Source: Azolla caroliniana (taxonomy: Eukaryota; Plantae; Polypodiophyta). From it: a stretch of 13,173 bases of DNA. Positions 7,160-13,173 of this stretch are shown one piece after another (positions within the stretch are counted from its first letter, which is position 1; each line of letters opens with the position of its first letter). A model generated the notes under the pieces. That model was given only the letters and a program-made list of their open reading frames with translations. It was not told the origin of the DNA and did not search any database. The stretch is taken from NCBI GenBank assembly GCA_043228905.1, contig JBHGNT010000988.1, positions 1 to 13,173 of the forward strand, given 5' to 3'. Both the position numbers and the translations under genes were made by a program.

Positions 7160-8269
7160 CTCCTCCTCCAGCTCAACTTGAGGTCAGATCGTAGTGTCAG
7201 TCTCCATGGTAGCCGGTCCTTCCACTCGGCTCCTTTTGGCATCACTTCGTCTCGCTAGCGCTCCTCATTCAATCCGGTCTGGTTTGCCGTGACCATTCTG
7301 ATTCTGATTCTGCGCACCTTGACCTCCTCGGTCGGCTTGTCTGCTCAACATGCCCAATTCATCTCCCTCGCTGCTGTGACTTCGACGCTTGCCGATTCAC
7401 CGATTCCTTCGTGTTGGCGTCGACTTTCGTTGCCTTCTCGTCCTCTTGGCTTTGAATTGATCCGGTTCTTCCGAATCCATCTGTTGAACCGAATCGGTTG
7501 TCTCCGATTCGTTCCAGCTCTTGTCCGAATTGGTCGCTCCTAATTCGTCATCCGGTTCCAGGCCCTTCACCACATCCGACCATGTTCGGGTCTTGGCCTT
7601 CTTCTTTCGGTCGGCTCTGTCCTTCTTGACTCTGCCGCTTGTTCTGACTTGTTCGGATGTGTCAAATTCCTTTGTCGACTCGGCTCCTTTCTTCTTCTTG
7701 TCTCTCCCTTTATCGGTTCTTCCCTCACCGGCGCAATCGGCAGTTTCTTTGCCGTTGCCCGTTTCGGTGTCTTTGCCCATTCTCCCCCTCAAGTGTGGCA
7801 CGTCGAAATGCTGAACACCAAGCATTTCGGTGAAGTGCTGCAACTTGTCCGATCCGAGCAGTTTGGTGAAGATGTCGGCAACTTGCTGATCCGTATGAAC
7901 ATACCGAAGTTCGACTTGACCGCTCAAGTCACGCTCACGCACGAAGTGGTAGTGCACTTCTATGTGCTTTGTGCAAGCATGGAATACGAGGTTCTTGGTG
8001 AGCTGCATGCTGCTTATGTTGTCGCAGTAGATCAGGATCGGGGTCGGCACCTCGATCCGCAGGTCTTGCAGTAGTTGCCGAAGCCAAATGGCTTCATAGG
8101 TGGCAACGATAGCACCCCGGTATTCAGCCTCAGTGCTCGAAAGGGCCACTGTTGGCTGCTTTTTGCTGCTCCACGCAATAGCCTTGCTACCAAGGGAAAA
8201 CATATAGCCGGAGGTGGATTGGCGATCCGATGCATCGCCGGCCCAGTCGGCATCAGTGTAGCCGACTAG
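7154..8269 (-). pseudogene. pol: RNase H plus ~210-aa C-terminal extension (element F)
   Basis: GYTDADWAGD, SSTEAEY, YCDN, KHIEVHYHFVRE, ADIFTK, then LRGR and an in-frame tail to VELEEEC* containing three TGA stops. Confidence 0.92.
7160..7169 (-). other. Polypurine tract of element F
   Basis: GGAGGAGGAG directly before TGTTGAG on the minus strand. Confidence 0.85.
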
Positions 8270-9330
8270 CTCTTCGGTTAGACCATGCTGGTATAACAGT
8301 CCCCGGTCCTTTGTGCCACTCACATATCGCAAAATTCGATGCGCGCACAGAAGGTGCTCCATAGTCGGCTTCTACATATATTGGCTGATCACGCCGACTA
8401 GATAATTGATGTCGAGTTGGGTGATTGTCAAATATATAAGGCTTCCGACGATTTGTCGGAACTGCTTCTCATGGCAGGCCGGGACGGAGCTTCTGGTTCC
8501 GGTCTAGGGGTGTGGAGATCGGTCAGCATTTCGTCATGCTGAACTTGTACAACATATGTACAACATATTCAACACATAATGTCTTTGTGAGAGCAATATG
8601 CCGTCGGGGGTTCGAATCACCTCGATCCCAAGGAAATAGTGAAGGTCCACCATGTCCTTCATCTCAAATGCGTCCGATAGTTGGGACTTGACTCGGCTGA
8701 TTTCATCGAGTCCGGGTCCCGTGATAACTAGATCATCAACATACAACAAGATGCAAACCGAACCATCCAGACCTTGTTGGGTGAACAACGAAGAGTCGGA
8801 CTTGGAGGCCGCAAACCCCATCTTACGCAACCGGTGCATGATCTTCGCATTCCAAGCTCGGAGGGCTTGCTTCAGGCCATAAAGTGACTTCTTCAGCCGG
8901 CATACCGCCGACTTGTTCATCTCCGACTGGAAACCGGGGTGTTGGGTCATAAAGACCTCTTCTTCAAGATAGCCTTGAAGAAATGCATTCTTCACGTCCA
9001 TCTGGTGAAGATGTCACCCCCTTGCCACAACACCCGCGAGCACCACACAAACCGTCGTCATCTTCGCTACTGGAGCGAAGGTCTCGTCGTAGTCGATTCT
9101 GTGGGTCTGCGTGTATCCCTTCGCCATTAACCGGGCCTTGTACTGGTTAAGCGAACCATCGGCATTGTACTTTACCTTGTACACCCACTTACATCTGAAC
9201 GGTTTATAGTGTCGGGGAGGATCAACTAGGTCCCATGTGTCGTTGGCATCTATTGCCCGCATTTCTTCCTCCATAGCGGCATGCCAATTTGCGTCCTTTG
9301 CCGCTTTTGCATAGCTCTCTGGCTCATGCA
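8270..9330 (-). pseudogene. pol: Copia reverse transcriptase (RVT_2), disrupted
   Basis: CKWVYKVK, YKARLMAKGYTQ, DYDETFAPVAK, MDVKNAFLQG, LKKSLYGLKQ, YVDDL, YFLGIEV. Stops and an 11-bp tandem duplication at 8546-8567. Confidence 0.95.
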
Positions 9331-11056
9331 CTTCCGCCACCTTGGTCATGTACGCATAGTGATGCGCCATGTACTCATTGTACCCGTACTGCTTCACGGG
9401 GTTCTTTTGGCGGGAAGAGTGGCGTAACTTATCATTACCTGGTTCGGTCTTCGTTCCCGAAGATCCGCCTTCTTCCTTACCGGAGTAGGATTCGCTCTGA
9501 TCCGACTCATCATTGCCGGTTTCGTATTCCGGCATCTTCTTCTTCCCCTTTTCTTTGCGTGTGAACCGTCTCCTCGGTTCCTTGCGCGGGGAGAGCATGA
9601 CAGAGTCTCCACTACTTGCCAGTTCCTTATCCGACTGGTCATCCCGACTCAGCCGCTCCTTCGGTCCACTTAATCGAAACAATTCCGAACTCACATCTAG
9701 AGTCTCGAACCCTTCATCTTCTAACTGGACCGGTTCAGGCTCACTAGCCTCATCCTTCGGTATCGAGTCGGGGTCGGAAGTCGGAGCCGGTAAGGCATAC
9801 CATGATGTCATCTCATCAAACTCAACATCCCGGCTAACTCGGACCTGCTGCATCCGGGGGTTATAACACTTATACCCCTTTTACTCATGTGAGTAACCAA
9901 CCAGGATGCATTTCTCCGACTTCGCATTCAACTTCCTCCGCTTCTCATCTGGCACATGCACATATGCAATGCTACCGAATATCCGAAGGTGTCTCAAATT
10001 CGGCTTGCGCCCAAAATACAGCTCATGCGCGGACACCTTGTCACCGATCCGGTTTTGGATGTAGACGGCCATCAGAACTGCCTTGGGCCAGTAGAAATGG
10101 GGCAAGCCCTTCTCCTCTAGCATTGCGCTTGCCGCGTCGACAATCAACTTGTTCTTCCTCTCGGCCACACCATTTTGTTCCGGTGTGTACCTGCAGCTGA
10201 ATTCTCTCCGAATTCCGTTCTGTTGTAGATAACTGTTGAATTGGCCGGAAAATTATTCTTTTCCGCCATCCGACCGTAGGCACTTGATCTCCCTCTCAGT
10301 TTCCCATTCAACCAGGCTTTGCAAGTTCTGGAAACACTCGAAGACTTCGCTCTTTCTCTCGATGAGGTAGATCCACGTGTGCCGGCTGTAGTCGTCGATG
10401 AAGAAGACGAAATACCAACTCTCGCCAAGACTAACGTTTTGTGTTGGTCCCCATACATCCGAATGAATAAGGTCGAGCTTGTTATGGCTATGGTTTCGTT
10501 TGGTGGGGAACAAAAGCCAGTTTTGCTTCCCGAGTTGGTAGGCTTCACAAATTTCGGCCTTCTGGCGGCTAAATTTCGGCAAACCGAAAATGACTTGTTT
10601 CAATTGCAGGTCTTGAAGCCTCCGATAATTAACGTGGCCAATCCTCTTGTTCCAGAGATCGATGTACGATTCAATCTTCTGTCCTTTGGCGAACAAAGCG
10701 GTGCCGACGTTATTGGTGTTGAGGATGAACATCCTCTCGTCTCTGCGCCCTTGCGCAACAATTTGGCCCTCTTCCTCGATGAAGCACCCAAGGTTCGTAA
10801 ACCGCACCTGCATCCCCTGGTCAACGATCTGACCGACTGACACTAGGTTCTTCGTGATAGTCGGAACGTGTAATACGTTCATCAGCTTCCCTCTTTGTCC
10901 GACGTGGCACAAAGGCACTTCTCCGACATGCACGATTGGGTGAGGAGTGTCGTCTCCGATTTCGATGACTCCCGGTTCTTCCGGTTTCCCCAAGAAGGAG
11001 AACCACTTTATGTGGCTCGTCATGTGATTCGACGCACCGAAATCAACGTACCACAC
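9331..11056 (-). pseudogene. pol: Protease, GAG-pre-integrase, integrase and linker (element F), disrupted
   Basis: WYVDFGASNHMT (DSG mutated to DFG), LWNKRIGH, HSDVWGP, FIDDYSR, RSDGGKE, AERKN, CILVGYS, VSRDVEFDE. Confidence 0.95.
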
Positions 11057-11241
11057 TTCCTACGATTTGGAAGTGGTCTTATTCATCGAGTTAGCCTTGT
11101 GTTTCATCACCAAGGTTGGCCTGGCCCTTTACCGGCTTTTCCGGTTTTGGGTCCTCCCGATCCTTCTGCGTAGTGCGAGTATTGCCGGTTCTCTCTGCCG
11201 GCCTTGCCAGATCCGGATCTGTCCGAATCGGTGCGTTTCTT

Positions 11242-12064
11242 CTAACACTCGCTTTCTCTATGTCCTTTTTTACCACAATACCAGCATTCTGTGTTGGCCT
11301 CCGGTGCCACCTTGACTCCCCTTGCTTGTGGAGGGTTCAGAACTGTTGTCGGCACGTTCTCTATGCCTTCGGTCCTGCTCTTGCCGGCTGCTACCATTGT
11401 GAGCCGACCCACCTTGTCGACCATGCCCATGGGGCCGATCCGCCTCCGTGTACAACATCCGGCTGTCGGTGGGTGCACTTGGTGACGCACCGGCGTGGTT
11501 CTCCTCTACAAGGAGCATCAATTGTAAGTTGAAAAATGACGGCGTATTCTCCCTTGTACATACTGTCGATCGAAGCGCTTTGAACTTAGATGCTAGGCCC
11601 CCAAAACAGATCTGCACCATCTCATCTTCCTCTACAGTGACGTTGATAGAAGCAAGTGAGTCACAAATCTCTTTGATTCGGGCTGTGTAATCGGCTACTG
11701 ACATGTCCTTCTGTCGGACATTGCTCAACTCCTATCGGAGTTGCAGCTTCCGGGCCATAGTGCTTGCCGCGAAAACCTTCTTCAGGTTTCCCCAAGCTTC
11801 TTTTGGCGTCTTAGCATCTCAGACATGGCTCAACAGCTAGTCTCCGACACTTGACGTAAAGCAGTACATCACTCTACTTGTCGCTTGTTCCCACAATGGG
11901 AAGTCCTTGTGTGCCGTAGCAGGTGCTGTGTCGTTAGCTCCGTCGACATAGCTCCAGTAACCATGGCCAAGTAGGTATTGGTGCATCTTGTATGACCAAG
12001 ATGCGTAGTTGGATCTGACGAGCTTCTCCACTGGGAGCGAGCTAGCCATTCCTCTGTCCATCAC
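11242..12064 (-). pseudogene. gag: Copia gag with CCHC zinc knuckle (element F), disrupted
   Basis: EKLVRSNYASW, QKDMSVADYTARIKEICDSL and CWYCGKKGHRESEC, with TAG stops and a frameshift. Confidence 0.93.
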
Positions 12065-12141
12065 TTCTCTTTCTGTTCTTACCGGGTCTTAGGGTTTGTC
12101 TTCAGATGCTGATGTCGGCTGCAGAGGTTCTCAACCCTAAC

Positions 12142-12153
12142 GCTCTGATACCA
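12142..12153 (-). other. tRNA-iMet primer binding site (element F)
   Basis: Perfect TGGTATCAGAGC abutting the LTR end. Confidence 0.95.
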
Positions 12154-12199
12154 TGTAAACGAAGCCGCGGAAGCGTTAGACAACCGACTTAGACGAATA

Positions 12200-12248
<49 letters not shown>

Positions 12249-12615
12249 ACACACAGAGTGTATGCTGGAGAGACAGAGAATGAGTAGAACGTTAAAAATC
12301 TATTACAAAACAATAATGGTTCTCTGTACATACAACGTGCTCAACAACACTATCTATACAAGTCCTAAGAGGACTAACAGAAGTACGGTGTACTTCAATG
12401 CTCACATGAGTGTCTGACACTAACTACGAGACATTAACTACCTGGTAATCTAGGCTACTACTAAGCTTCCGGTTATTGTTGGATCCGGCTAACCGGCTCC
12501 CCAGCTCACCGTCTCGCTTGCTCACCGGCTCACCGATCAGGCTCATTCTTCCGGATGCCGATCCGGCTCAGGCTTATTCAGCCGATTCAGATCTGATTGA
12601 GCTTGCTACTCAACA
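12154..12615 (-). repeat. 5' LTR of element F (462 bp)
   Basis: TGTAAAC...CTCAACA, adjacent to the PBS. The TATA position reads TATAGATA (12351-12358). Confidence 0.95.
12205..12245. repeat. (AG)20 microsatellite in the U5 region of the F 5' LTR
   Basis: Uninterrupted AG run. Confidence 0.97.
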
Positions 12616-13173
12616 CTTTGGTTTCGACAGGCCGTGCAATGCACGACGTGCTTGAATCCGGGCCATTCAACGATTGAGTGCACAATGAGGTTGCACTATC
12701 CAATTTGTCACTCCTACGCGCATACCTTCGAACAATGTGAATACAACCTGCCTAATAGAGTGACGGCTCTAGTGCGCCAAATTGAGCCACACAATGATCT
12801 CATGTGGAGTGACGACCGGTTCTGCGAACCGGCTTGCTTTCAGGATAACAATCGACGCCGATACGAGGAACGCTTTCGACTAGTGGAGGATGTATATAGC
12901 GCGAGCACTACAATTGTATGCCTTATCTCCTCTCTACCCTAGGCTCTCTAGCATACTTATGGCGCCTAGGTATGCCAGATGGCCTAGGGTAGAGAGGAGA
13001 TAAGGCAACAATGCGAATAATGGTCGATTCACGAATAACCAGAATTACGACAATAACTAGCACTAACAAGACCATCGACACACGGAGGACAATCGACCTG
13101 GCAATCAACGGTTTCAGCCAAATGGGGATCAAAGAGACGAGTGACATCCTCGATTGCCACACCATTATAATCC
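12616..13173 (+). pseudogene. gag: Element E gag, 3' half: two zinc knuckles and an N/D/R/Q-rich region
   Basis: CTTCLNPGHSTIEC and (C>Y)PICHSYAHTFEQC. Removing F and one TSD copy restores the frame EEDFWFRQAVQCTTC. Confidence 0.85.
12915..13007. mobile_element. 93-bp palindromic (foldback/MITE-like) insertion
   Basis: Arms 12919-12959 and 12967-13007 pair at 37/41, the outer 26 perfectly. TG..CA ends, flanked by the direct repeat ACAAT (12910-12914, 13008-13012). Confidence 0.75.

Larger units (their letters stand above)
6892..12615 (-). mobile_element. Element F: full-length degenerate Ty1/copia LTR retrotransposon (5724 bp)
   Basis: Two TG..CA LTRs, iMet PBS, PPT and domain order gag-PR-INT-RT-RNase H. 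TSD TTTTG (6887-6891) / CTTTG (12616-12620). Confidence 0.97.

Noticed and set aside
7154-7780. env-like ORF
   Set aside because: It is fused in frame to RNase H, highly hydrophilic, and has no transmembrane or signal segment.
8480-8568. 11-bp duplication and nearby small deletion that restore the RT frame, suggesting compensation
   Set aside because: A TGA (8534-8536) lies in the shifted segment and RT has other stops, so this is likely coincidence.
7289-11690. Many plus-strand ORFs (e.g. 7649-8074, 10319-10840, 11116-11532) and 229-483, 2373-2825, 5166-5639
   Set aside because: These are antisense shadows of gag/pol with no recognisable motifs.

Overview
This is a plant heterochromatin-type window made almost entirely of nested, decayed LTR retrotransposons; a non-seed plant such as a fern is likely, by inference only. 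No host gene is visible. Six elements resolve, left to right. (A) 5' part of a Ty3/gypsy element on the minus strand: LTR 889-1917, tRNA-Trp PBS, gag. (B) A fragmented Ty1/copia element on the minus strand: PPT and integrase at 1918-3320; gag start, PBS and 5' LTR at 4340-5021. (C) 3' end of a chromovirus gypsy inserted in B's integrase (3321-4340). (D) 3' end of a related copia on the plus strand (5088-6278). (E) An old gypsy gag pseudogene (6279-6891 plus 12616-13173). (F) A structurally complete but dead copia (6892-12615, minus strand) that splits E, with both LTRs, PBS, PPT and TSD. Less ordinary features: a conserved ~210-aa Pol extension after RNase H in this copia family, bounded by two PPT-like tracts; two tRNA-Met-like modules and an E-box palindrome inside the gypsy A LTR; and a 93-bp palindromic TG..CA insertion with a 5-bp target duplication.
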